DNA of 58,535 nucleotides, counting the filler, from Trichosphaerium sp. ATCC 40318 (lineage: Eukaryota; Protista; Tubulinea), in the NCBI GenBank assembly GCA_038496445.1. It is 2 parts of 2 records of this genome, joined end to end, with 100 filler letters (N's around TTAATTAATTAA, not from the genome) between each part and the next. Parts side by side here need not be neighbours in the genome. Positions count along the whole stretch, not along the records: positions 28,908 to 58,535 come from JALMLS010000394.1; 1 more part is not named here. One strand, 5' to 3'. How positions within the stretch are numbered: the stretch's first letter is position 1; every line of letters begins with the position of its first letter. Both the position numbers and the translations under genes were made by a program. Positions 36,004 through 48,700 of the stretch are shown here, piece after piece. The notes beneath the pieces were generated by a model. That model saw only the letters and a program-made list of their open reading frames with translations, was not told where the DNA came from and ran no database searches.

Positions 36004-38313
36004 ATGGAGCCCACACACCCTTTTCATGTTGACGCTGTTTTAAGTGTATTGTTCGGACATATAGAGTTGAAATGTTTACTTTCGTGTCAAAGTGTCTGCA
36101 GGCGCTGGAAAAAAGTCGGTAGATCAAATTGGTTGTGGAAAACGTACGTAGCTACCATTTTTAGACAAACACAGTTTAGTTTATTTCTTATTTATCCTCT
36201 AATCGCCTAGACTAACACTTTATAAGTAAATGCAGCGGGTTTTGTTTTAAAACAAATGCTGAAAAGCAAAAATACCTTAAACCAAAACAAGGCTTTTCAT
36301 ACTACCAGTTGTACAAGACACATACACAAAGTAAGTGATTAGAACCCAAAATTGATGAAAAACCATCTGGTTTACCTTTCATCTCCGCGAATTGGAAAAA
36401 ATTCTAATGTTGTTTAGGTGGACGTTGGAGACGCAATTATATTGTTAAAAGTGAACCATACTTAAAAAAAATTTCTTTTGAAGCGTTAGAAGAAAGAGAA
36501 GAACAAATAAGAGTGTAAGTTCACTACACCACGTGCCAATCAATTAAAAAGAAATTCAAATTATTTTTCAAAAAAAAACTCACAAAGAACTCAGTAGAAT
36601 GCGTGGAAACGATAGGTATACATCAATAAAAGTTGATGGCAAGGACTCAGTCCATTTGGGATCTAAAACTTCAAGTGGACAATTTTGGTGGTCACGTGTG
36701 GCTACAGCAGATGTTTCTGTTGAAAGTATTTCAAGTGCTTTAAATGCCAATCATGGAGATTGTTTTAGTTTGGAAGATGACAATCTACTCAGTACTTTGA
36801 GTGCCATTTTTCCTGATGGATCGTAAGTTTGTAGTACCTTTAACATGATTTTACTCAAATACGTTGCGTAGGTATGACATAATGCAAATTTTTGTTAGAC
36901 CTGAGTTAGTCGAAAACAAATTAAAAACAATTGACAAAGAAGCAACCGATTTCGATGAAAGAGATTACTGGTCAAACGAATGGGCTAAATATTGGGTATG
37001 TGGGTTAGATATTCTCCTTTTAAAAACCTTTTTTTGCCTACATACAGTTTGTCAACAATACCTGAACATTTCGTGATTCAGTCTAAAACTCTACATCTTT
37101 ATTTGTATTTTGTTCGTTTTTAATACAACTCAACGGGGTACAGCATACTCAGTTTTCTTTCTAGGACTGGTGTGAGTGGTATTCAGAAGAAAAGAAAGAA
37201 ATTAACATTGGTTGTCCTTCTTACTATCGTTGTTTTTATCAGCAAGACGAAAAAGAGTTTAGGGTTAACATAATCAATCCATTTCAAAAAATGACATCTC
37301 TTGATGAATCACGTGTTAATCATTATGTTAATAAGCTTAAAAAAGGTGAAATACCTACAGCTATGTCTTTGGGTATGATTGATCGCCGTAAAACAATTTT
37401 CCCAACAAAGAACTATTTGATAAGGCAAAGCACACAAACTGTTCTTTCAAATTTTCTGATTGATGGACATCACAAGATAGCAGCTGCAGCTAGATGTAAC
37501 CTACCTTGTTCATTGCTTGTTTTCTTACCTAAACAACCTCTTACATACTTTCACAAAGACCCACTGCGTAATTATGATAAGGAAATATCATTCTTTGCTG
37601 GCCAAGGATTTGCAAAAAGTACAAACCCCAAAACCAAATCTGACTTTCTTTTTTCCCCTTGCCACAAGAAGATCTTGTGTTTTATTTTGCAAATGAAAAC
37701 AATATTTTCGAAGCGCATTTGGGGTAAAAAGAACACTCTGATGAACGTTCAAGTAAAAATATTGGCTTGCCATCATCACACTTTCCCTTTTTTTTCTCAT
37801 TGTCTTTTGTAGTTAAATGTCGTTCAAAGCATGCTTTGCCGTACCCTTCAGATCCTCCATTTTTGATGACTCAAGACTTCTCTTCTTTATCATGGTATTT
37901 GACTCTTAAGAAAAAGGATGTAGCTAATCTTTGGAGTTACATATTCGACAAGAACGATTATGGCAGAAATAACAGAGTATGTTTTTACCAACTTCAAAAT
38001 TCTTGTATACATGTCCCCGGCTCTTTTTGGTTTTTGCCATTAATGTGGCTCTTTTTCAAACCATGATTTGTTATTTTTCTTGTAAATATTGAGATTGTTG
38101 ACATGTTTCATTTAGTTTGATCCCGAGGAAATCATTAACTCTATTGTTTTTTCTGATGATAAAAAACAATGTACGGTAGAGTTTAGTAAATTGCAGTATC
38201 TCAAGAATGCTATACGTGTTAGTGGACACATTTATGGCTATGAAGGCGTGAGAAAATTTTCAGGACACTACATAGATGTTAAGCATTACAAAAAAATGGA
38301 TTGGAAAAAATAA
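36004..38313 (+). CDS. F-box protein with a ParB/Srx-like DGHH motif domain (multi-exon)
   Basis: F-box-like VLSVLFGHIELKCLLSCQSVCRRWKKVG...LWK. A later exon reads LDESRVNHY...GEIPTA...FLIDGHHKIAAAARC. Confidence 0.65.
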
Positions 38314-38962
38314 ATAAAAAAACAGCTTCTGACTGATTTATTTGCTACTTCATTTACACAAGTCTATACCATAGATCTCTTTATCAAGGTATGTGCGATT
38401 TAGGTCCCAGTCGCGTTTCCAAGGTAGTCTATGACATGGAATATACCTGCTGTATTGTCAAGGAAGGTAGTTGGTTGCAGTGTACAGTTTCTCTTGAAAC
38501 CGCCAGCTTACTTTTCGGTAAACTTGAATGGACAACTTTTCCTTTTATGTAATGTACGTGTACTTGTATGTTGTATGGCGTAAATGACAACATCAAGGCT
38601 ACGCTAGAGCCACTATACGTTGATATCTTCCTCCCAATATTGTCTATTTTGATAAATCGTAAAAGTGAGTAGGATGAGGTAAAGTTTTCCTCAACGTAAG
38701 TATTGTTTTAGGCAAGTTTCATTGCGTTTTATTAAACAAGTTTGTTCAAAGTGTAACCTCGGCCACCCTCTCATGCAAACACCAGTAGACATTGTTTCTT
38801 TTATTCGCTTAATGATGATGCATCTGCAACCTCTTTTGTTGGTTGAACACTTAGTACACATTGTAGTAGGTAGAGTTGATGAACATCCATTCAATATGTC
38901 AGCTTTGAGCATTCACACTGACATATTGAATGTGACGTTGCACTGTACTTTCAGATACAGAA

Positions 38963-39637
38963 CTACAACCCAAATTGGCTGCACTTATTGAATTCTATAA
39001 AATCTAGTGTAAACGAGTCAAATTGGTACCACTCATCATAACCAAATGAGCCACCATAAATATTAAACACTGCAGAAACCTTTTCAAAAGTAACTTGCTC
39101 TTTGGTCCAATCTATTTCATAGTGAAATGGCCCAGCTAGAGTAGCATCTACTCTTTTAATTTGGTATCCTTGACGTTTATTAGCAGCCATCTCAAGTAGC
39201 CTGGTTCTGAAATGAACAAACAGTGCAGGACCAATACGACATGCCATTGACAACTTTCGAATGTCCTTCGCTTCTGGAACCATGTGTCTTTCTTTCCTGC
39301 TTGAGCTGTAAAATTGGGTAAGTTTGAAGGTTATTTTTCGCGTTTTACGAGGGTAAGAGACTTCAATAAATCGCCTACGGGGTTCTAGACGTTTGTTGAG
39401 GGTATCAGAGTCAATATTGAGAGCAATTGCTAGCTGTGTTTTCCAAAAATCATGAGATAGATCGCTGAAGCGTAAAATATGAGAGAAGTACGTGTTTGAT
39501 GCGCGTAAAGCACAAAATGAATCTATAGATAAATAATCAACGATATTTAGCCACATTTCGTTTGGGAGAATCGGATCATAGTCTACAACACGGCTGTCTT
39601 GGTGACAATCACTTTCTTTGGAACCAAAGTTTCCCAT
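38963..39637 (-). CDS. F-box protein with N-myristoylation-like start
   Basis: MGNFGSK start and F-box ILPNEMWLNIVDYLSIDSFCALRASN. It may continue into exons near 38350-38900. Confidence 0.7.
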   Translation of the reverse strand: MGNFGSKESDCHQDSRVVDYDPILPNEMWLNIVDYLSIDSFCALRASNTYFSHILRFSDLSHDFWKTQLAIALNIDSDTLNKRLEPRRRFIEVSYPRKTRKITFKLTQFYSSSRKERHMVPEAKDIRKLSMACRIGPALFVHFRTRLLEMAANKRQGYQIKRVDATLAGPFHYEIDWTKEQVTFEKVSAVFNIYGGSFGYDEWYQFDSFTLDFIEFNKCSQFGL

Positions 39638-39761
39638 GGATATTGTGAGCTAAAAATAAGCTGTAAGTAAGTTGTTGTTTTGTTAAGGCAGATATTAGAC
39701 AAAGCGTCCAAAGTCGCATTCTCCCACTAAGGGATTGTTATATGCTGCCGTTGTAATGAAG

Positions 39762-42700
39762 TTATTTACCTCTATCAACTGGAAAGGCGTGAACTATCGG
39801 TATTTTGCTGTATCGGAGTTGCCATTTTATATAATCCGTGCTAACGTATTGGTTGAGGTGTTTTTTGATTTTTATTGTACGTTTACATCTGTTTCTGTAT
39901 TTTTGATATAGAAGTCTGACATACATTGTATTGAGTTTGTTGGCTAGTTTCTCAGCTCTGTTGATCTTGATACCATACGTTACTGCTATATTATTTATAA
40001 ATTTTTTTGTTACGTATCCCTGTGCTCCTCTAAACAAATCTGGATCACCTGCTTCGTTAATATTCTGAAATATCCATTTCACCTTGAACGTGTTACTCTT
40101 ATCTGGTATGTTTGCTCCTAATTTAGCTATTTCTATACGAACATCTGAGGGGTCATTTTTACGGAACCATTTGCATTTAGTGAAAGAGTTATCCGGGCTA
40201 GCAAGGCTGTTGTACAGTTGTTTTTTGTTTATAGTTTTTTTCTTGTTTAAATATTCATCCGTGATTCTGCACGCGTGGTGGTTAATTTTTTCAAAAAAGT
40301 GTTTAGAGTGACAGAGGACGAAATGTACGAAGTCTTCGTCAATATTTTTATTATTTCTACTGCTACATATAGAGCAGTTTGGCGTGGGGTACATCGTTAG
40401 GTATCTGGTTTTTGCAACAGGGAATGTTACGTTTTTGCCTTTTTTGAACATAAATTTATTTAATGGGAGACCATTACTTCTTACTTTGAGTAACCATGCT
40501 GAAATCGTTTTGTCCAGGTGTATTTTGTGTTCGATGTTACTCGCTTTAAAGTTGATATTTTTTCTTGTTCTACAATGTTTGTTAGCGTTTGCCTCTAGGT
40601 TGTCGAAATAGAATTCCGTAAATTTTTGGTTCACGTAGTCTCTAAATTTTATGTCTAAGATTGATTTACGTTTTGTAATATTCCAATCAGGTCTGCCTTT
40701 AGGGATACCCTTCATTTTTTCTTTACTCCTATTTGAGTTTGCTAATTTGTCTGCTTCGTTATTCATGATAACGAGGCATTTTGTTTTATCTTTACCGTAC
40801 GTTAAATCGAGTAACATCAATTGTTTTTTAACTTTCTTTTTTTCTTTCTTTTTTGCGTCTTCCATGGTATGGCTAGGTATCCATATAAATTTCGTCGGGT
40901 ATTTGCGTTTGTTTATTTCTTCGATTATTCTTATAATTGTGTGATAATGTGGTGTATTTCTTCTTTTTTTGTTACTCCACGAGGTCCAATTTGTTATAGA
41001 GTCCATGGCAGAGGTGCAATCGCATGCTATTAGTATTTTCGTTTCTAGGGGAGATATTTTTAGTGCAACCTCAATGGCTTCCAATTCTGCATTAATAGAA
41101 GTTTTATTAAACAGTACCGGGAGACCGATATTAATGTTATTTGGGGCGTAAACGCCTATACCAGCTTCATTATCTGTACTGACTGATCCGTCTGTAGCTA
41201 TGACAATATGCTCTTTTATGATTAGCGCGTTTTTTGTAAATTCTTTTACTTTTCTTCTGTGGATATTCCTATTTAATTTATTAACTTCACATGTATATGA
41301 TAATTTTAATTTTGCGTTTTTTAGGAGTTCTGATGCTATTGTGACTGAGTCTTTAATCGTACTTAGATCCAAGTATTTGTCTTGGCTTAATGAAAGATGA
41401 AACGAAGGGGAGGTGTGGCATCTTTTTTCTGTAATCCGTCTTAAATATTTGTTACTCGAGTTAAGGCAATTATATACGATGTTCTTTACATACCCTATCG
41501 TCTGGTTTATAAATAGTGACTTCAGGTTTGCTCCCGTTAGTTTTATAAAGAGTCTTTCGTTTAATAGGTTGTGTCTGAGTTTAGCTGCTCCTTTTATTGT
41601 ACATGATGCGTTTTTGTCCATTTCTTCAAGAGCATTTACTCCGAGGAAAACAGACGTACTTACAAAATCTACAGCAGGGTTAATTACCGTGTTTATGATT
41701 TTAACTTTATTATTAACTGATAGTTTCTTAGTACCTAGAAGTTTAAGTCTTTCTCTATGGACAGCCTTCGTCTTATTAATTTGTTTCGTGAAATCTAGGT
41801 TTAGGTTCGTTAGGATACCAAGGTCTTTATAGTTTTTATTTTCGTCTAGGATTGGGATTATTTTATTTCTCCATCTTAGGTTTGGAATTTTATTCTTATC
41901 AACGTACTTATTGTGCGTGAGAGATGATTTATCACAGTTAATTTCCATTCCGAAGAAGTAACACCATTTAGAGAGGATTGCAAACATTTCTTCTAGTTCT
42001 TCTTCTGATTCTGCCATTATTTTAAGATCGTCTGCATACGCAATAACCGCTATAATTATGTCAGACCATTTGTAACCTAGTTTTGATTGTTCTAACTCTT
42101 TTAGGAGGATATTAATAAACAGCGAAAAAAGGATAGGGCTTATTACGTCACCTTGTCTTACTCCTTTATTAATTGGGAATGCCTTTTTACCAACCGGTAT
42201 TTCGAGGGTTGTTTTTAAATCTTCTAGTAAAGACATTATTATGTTACACCACTCCGATGAAAGACCTTGTATTTTTAGCGCTGCTAGTAGCGCCCAAAAT
42301 TGAACTGAATCGTATGCTTTTTTGAAATCTATGTAAAGTACGTACAGCGGTTTTTGTTTTTGATTTGCGTCTTCTATAACTTGGTGGTACAATTTATGTG
42401 CCATATGTATTGATCTATTATTATAGAAACCGAATTGTAGATCGGAGATGGTTTTATTTTCCCTTAGGATTTTTGTTAGTCGTCTAGTAATTATCGTGCT
42501 ATATATTTTGTACATTGAGTTCAATAGACAAATTGGTCTGTATTGAGAGACGTCATTTTTCTTTCTTTTATTCTTGGCTAGGAGGATCATATTAGATTTT
42601 TTCCACTCACTCGGAAGTCTTTTTGTTTTAAGACATACGTTACATACCGTTTTTATAGCATTGATAACTTCTGGGGATAGTACTTTGTATATTTCCATTC

Positions 42701-45700
42701 CAATTCCTGTTGTCCCAGGTGCTTTAAATGATTTCATTAGATTGATGACATGAGTTATCTCCTCTGTTGTAATCTCTTCAATGTCTTGATTAACTATCAG
42801 AGGGAATTTCGCTACAAAGGATTCCGGTTTGAGTAGATTCGGTATAGGACATTTCTTGCCTTGCGGTTTAGATGGGTGGGCGAATTCGCTATTAAACAAT
42901 CCCGACCAAAAGGAGACAAACTCTTCAAGGATGGTATCGTTGCTGTATAGTATTGTAGGGATTCCATTTATGTTTTTTATGACGCTGTTGGTAAAGTCGT
43001 TGTTAGTGGTTTCGTTGAATCTTTGGAGATATTTAAATTTTTTGTATACCGTTTTATTGGATAGTTCTGTTAGCTCGTCAATTGATCTATCGATACATAT
43101 GTTTTCTAGGTTGTTGTGGAGGCCTTTGACCCATCTATTAATGGAGCTTGTGTTGTCTTTAATTAGTCTATTGATTTCTTCTTTGTTATTGTTAAGAAGG
43201 GGAAGAGTGTGAAGTTTCTTCTCGTTTGCTTCTTTTATCCATCCGTTAATTTTTTTGATGTTCTTATTGATGGTTGTTTGTTTAAAGTTTCTTATTATTT
43301 GACGACCTATTTTTCGATAAGTATTTTTTAGGCTGGTTAGTCTTTTATGTTCTGAGTGTTCAATAAAAGGTTTACGTTTTGTCTTACCATTTTTTATTCC
43401 TAGCTCTTTTGCCGAGAACTTAAAGAGTTCCTTCGTGAAGTTGTCTACGAATCTATCAACATAGATATCTGCAAGGAATTCGGTTTCATTTGCTTTGTCT
43501 AAGAGGTTACACGCGTACTCTGAAAGGGAGAAAGACGGGATCACGCTTATGCGTTTTGGATTTCTCATACGTAGCTTTGTTTTCATTATTCTGTTTCTGG
43601 TATCCTTTTCTATACCATCGAGTGTGAATTTGAATTCAAGAATAATTGGTTTGTGATCCAATGAGTGTTCGTCTGAAATTGTGGTTAGTGATTTTGCTTT
43701 GTTAGGTTTTGTCATAAGTGCAAAGTCAATGCGTTCATACAGTAATCCTTTTCCATATTCTTTGATCGTGGTTTTCATTTGGAACGTAAAACTGCTTGGA
43801 CTGTTTTTTAACATTTCTATAGGGTCAGTTAGGCCATTATTCATTTTAAAAATATTCATGATGTTTTCGTACTTAGTTTCAATTTCAATTAGCTCGCTGT
43901 TAATCCATAAGTTCTTGTCATTGTCAAATTGAGCCATATTCCAGTCGCCAATTAGAATCACATTGTTGATATTAACATTCTTGGATTGGAGTTTCTTTAA
44001 GAATGTAGTTATTATGTCTAGTTGTTCTATCTTATTTTGTATCCTATACGCGCTTAGATATATGTTGAAAATTAATGTTTCTTTACCTTTACTATCACTT
44101 ATTGTTAACGCTTGGAAGAAATTATTAGGTGATTCTATCATTTTTACTCGAGACCTGATTTCGTCTCGCAACAGAATTATCGTGCCTCCTTTTGCTCTTT
44201 TGCTGGTGCGAAGTTTATTCTTTTCAAGGTTTTTCCTCTCGTCTGACCATGCTGAATCGTCTATTAATTTTGTGTTTTCCTTCATAAAAGCATCGTTGAT
44301 TTCTAGGTTATTAGGGACATTAGCGAAACATTTGTAATTTGGAAGATTTTTTAAAACAGCGTTTTTAAAATTCGTACTATTTATCTGTTCGATTGATCTG
44401 TGTACTTCTTGTATGCATATAATGTCTAACTTGTATTTATTAGCAAGAATGGATACGTTGTGTAATTTTTTTTCTATTCTACCTTTAATGTTCCATGACG
44501 CTAAGCTGAGCGAAGATTTTGACGATGTTGGTGTTTCTGTGCCTCCTCCTCCTTTTAGTTTAAAATTAATTTGTATATTATTATTTATAAGGTCTAAAAC
44601 ACGCGACTTACCATATATGTGTTTAGAACAAGACATTATGAAGGTGTAATCCCAAATTTTTGGCCAAACGTTATATTTGTAAACGAAAAGAGAGAGAAGG
44701 TTGTTAATGATGATGTTGTGATGAATGGTGATATATTTAGGCTTAAAAAAGTTGATTAGTATTGTTTTTGGTTTACTTAACTTGAATGCTTTTTTAGAGA
44801 AAAACCCATGTTTATTACTGGAGCACATAACATGTAAGAGATGGTGCCTTTTATGTAACTCTAAGATTGGACTATTTTTAAGGAACTTGATGGTGGCGAA
44901 TTTAGAAACGGCTTCTGTTGAAACACATGATCTTTTCTTCATTGTTGATCTCGAGGGTGATTCCATGGCCGTATCTTGATAAGACTTTTTCTTTCGCAGT
45001 TGATGAACCGAAACCGACGATATAGTGGCTAGTTCTAGCACCTTTCGTTGTACAGTCAAGGAAGACGAAGTGCGGGTAGATCTATTGAGTAGTAAGTAAA
45101 TTTTATTTTTAGAGCAAGAAAAATTTACCTCCTTCTTAGCTAGGGCAATGATAACTTCCGTTGGGGTGCCTGACCATGATTTACCAAGGAGTAGGGTGGT
45201 ACTTTTCTCGAAACGCATTCTACAAGGGACATATCTAGTGAAACCATTTTCTTCGGCGTACTTAACATGGTATCCTGCTCTGTTAAGAATAGTAATCACC
45301 ATTGACTTGTTTTGTTCTAAGGCGAGGGTGATATCCGCGTAGTAAGATATTTTCGTTTGGCCGTGTCTGGTGAATGTTGATGAGTCCAGGGTAATCTCTG
45401 GTGCATGGGCATTCTTCTTCCAGAAGGAGAGGATTTCTTCTACATCAAAGGGTCTTTCCTCGCTCCACAATGTAACGGTTCTTCCAATAAGAAAGTTATC
45501 GATATAACGTAAGAAGTTTTTCAATAATTTCGTTTTGTCAAAGTCGAAAAAGTTTAACGCGCTTGTAGGGACTAATGGAAGTTTTCTAAGGACGTCACGG
45601 AGGTATTTCGCTTCGTTAGCATATTCTTCGTTGATAATCTCAGCCGCTCTAAGTCCAAAGATAAAAGCAGTATGACCACGAATCAACGGAATAGTAGCAT

Positions 45701-48700
45701 AACCAAGTGTGCCTGTGTGATTAAAATCAGTATAAGGAATATGATTAAATATGAGCGAACGAAGAGAAGAAATGATAAAATAAATTTTATTTACTATGTT
45801 ACTAAAAATATAATATTTGGTAAAAGGATGAGAGAGGGAAAAGAGGTTTTCTTGTAAGGAAAAGAAGGTCACATAAATTGGCGGCGTACCGTTAATGAGC
45901 CATTTCTTGAATTTGGGGTCCATTTTCATTAGCTTATCAAGCTTGGTGTTGGGAGGGGTAGGAAGAGAGGGAATGAGGATAGTGAAGGCTGCTGAAGGGT
46001 GGATTAATTCGGTCCATTCTTCAAGTCTACCAAAGTTTGCTGAGAGATCTATCTTATTTGGATCGATAGGTTCATCGTCAAATATACTGAGGTTGTTGTT
46101 CTGAAGTAGTGTGAGTAATTTTATAAGTAGAGGACGGTATTTAAAAAGGGAAGAAAAAAGGGCGTTGTGTACTTGGTCGTTCTTGTGACTATTGTTAACG
46201 AAACTAAGAAGAAATGCAATGTTTTCTTTTTCTTCGCGTTTAATAATTTCATCCATAACCTGCTTTTCAATGCTACGTTTCATAGGACTATCCAAAATTT
46301 TAGAGAGTTTAGCCATAGCTTCTTCTCTCGTAAGATTATCGAATTCCTTGAGGCAGTTGGTGTTTGAGGACATGTTGTTAGTGTTGTGTGTGCTCGGTGA
46401 AAAGAACGATATCAGAATAAAATTACTTTTATGAAATTTATTTTTTGTTTTTTGGTTATTGTGAAGTTTTGGTTTGGTAAAGACACCGTTAGTTGGTGAT
46501 TGTGTTCTATTGTTGGTTAAGGGTCTCGGTATATCCTTTCCGGGTTTATGCTTTGTCTTTGTTTTTTTGGTCGCACTAACTTGTTTAATAATATTACTTT
46601 GGAGTTTGAGTTCTAGTTCGTATAAAGTAAGGTTCGCGTTCTCAAAGTATGCTCTAATTTGAAGGAGGAAGATCCTGCCTAGTTGTTTCGTTTTGAAAAC
46701 TATTATCTTAGTGATTTCGACACAGTTTTTTGACAACGCTTTATTTGATAGTTTTTTCTTGTTTACTCTATTGAGAAGGTAAAAAACTAGAGCGCTTTGG
46801 GTTATGATCATGTTTATTGAAACGAGGCAACTTTTTAGGTTGCAGTTGTTTCTTTTAGGTTTCACAATTTTTATGAAGTAATTTTTTACTATTTTTATAT
46901 CTCTTATCTTCGCGTTTTCCAGGGCTGAAACTCAACTAGGCATTGCCTTAAAAAATGATGCATATTCCTAACATTTGGCATTAAATGGCAAAATCAAGGC
47001 ATTTGCATTTGGCAATGCCCAATAAAATAAGGCATTTTTACAAAAAAGCAATGCCTTCATCAAAAAGGCATTAATACCAGGCATTTTTGGGCATCTTTTG
47101 GCATTGCATGAAATCAGGTAATGCCTTGTATTGCATTTTTTGGCATTGCATAAAATCAAGTAATGCCCTGTATTGCAAGTACTTTATGCCTTTATTATGC
47201 CTTATTTTTTTAAGCAATATATGCCTTGTATTTTAATTCATATATAAGGCATTGCCTATACTATATCATAGGACTGATCACATTAAGGAAGTGGTTTAAG
47301 GTAAGTAACAGTCAAACAACTTTTACACTTTTTTTTTCACATCACCTACTGACGTTTTATATAGATAGGCACCTAGCGCTCTTAGTAATTCATGAAATTA
47401 GACGAAACCACCGCCAAACGAACCGCAGCACCCTATTTCACCTACAACAGTAGTAGGAGTGAACTCCGCGATATTTCCAGGACCGCGGAACTCTAACACT
47501 ACAAGGTAAGTTTTTTTTTTTTTCTACACCATCTCATATTTTCTTTAAGGTTTTTTCAAATGTGGACTTAGGAGTTTTGTGTATTGTATGTGTACTGTAT
47601 TATAAAATAAATAGTTGTGTTATTACCTGAAAATGCCCTGGTTTATTAGGCACTGTAGACTATGATAATGCTTACTTTTTGCCTTCAAAATAAGGCATTG
47701 ATGCATGAGTTCAGTAGTAAAATAGAAATGGGAATTTTTAAGTAATCCACCCTGTTTTCCTATGGGAAAAGTAAACGGAAAAACTCTTCCTTAATTCCCA
47801 TTGAATTTATATGAAATTCCGTAAGTATTACTCATAGAATTCTTAGAATATTACTTTTGGAATTGCGTATGTATTTTATATAGAATTCTCTATGTATTCT
47901 TTATAGCATTTCTTAATGTATTTTTTGTAGATTTCAATAAAAAATACTTTATAAATTACACAAAATATTATTTAATACTTTGGTTCAGATTTAATGCAAA
48001 GTCATTTTATTTATTGATCATTACAAAATACAAACATCCTAAATAATACGTACAAGTTAAATACATCGTGTTTTCATAAATGAAAGAAGTAATTTGATCA
48101 CATTTGGTTTTGAGAGCCTGAACAATAATTAATGCGTTTGTAAATGCTAAATTAAGAACGCGTAGGGTTTTTTGATAAATTAAGTGGAAATAAGCTTTAA
48201 AAACAACGTACTTGGAGTTAATGCTTTAAATACATTCTTTAATGGTGTAATAAGGCTGTTGCAATGCTTTAATCATCCTAAAACAGATAAGTAAGAGATA
48301 TTTATGTTTAAGTGATTTTCCAAACCACCTAAAACGCGTTCTCCGTTACTTTTTGGATTAACGCACTTTAACCTGTACCATTGGTTTTTTCACCTTTAAT
48401 AATAGCATGTGGATATTGTTCGCTAGAAAAACCTATGTACCTAAGGTGTTGATGGTTTTTTGCAAATATAAAACTAAACCCTAACCCTAACTTAATTTGT
48501 ACTTTCATAAACCTCAACCCTAGCCCTAACCCTAACCCTAACTAAATTAGTACATTATTTGGTGGATTTTGTACAATAATTCTGAAAATTCCGTATTTAA
48601 GGGAATATTATGGTAATCCTATCAAAAATCCTGCCATAAAAAAAAATAAAAATAAGAATTCTTCACAAATTACCTTAAAAATCCCTAAAACAAAGGAATT

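Noticed and set aside
40084-46662. Many + strand ORFs opposite the LINE
   Set aside because: Antisense shadows of a long A-rich ORF with no motifs.
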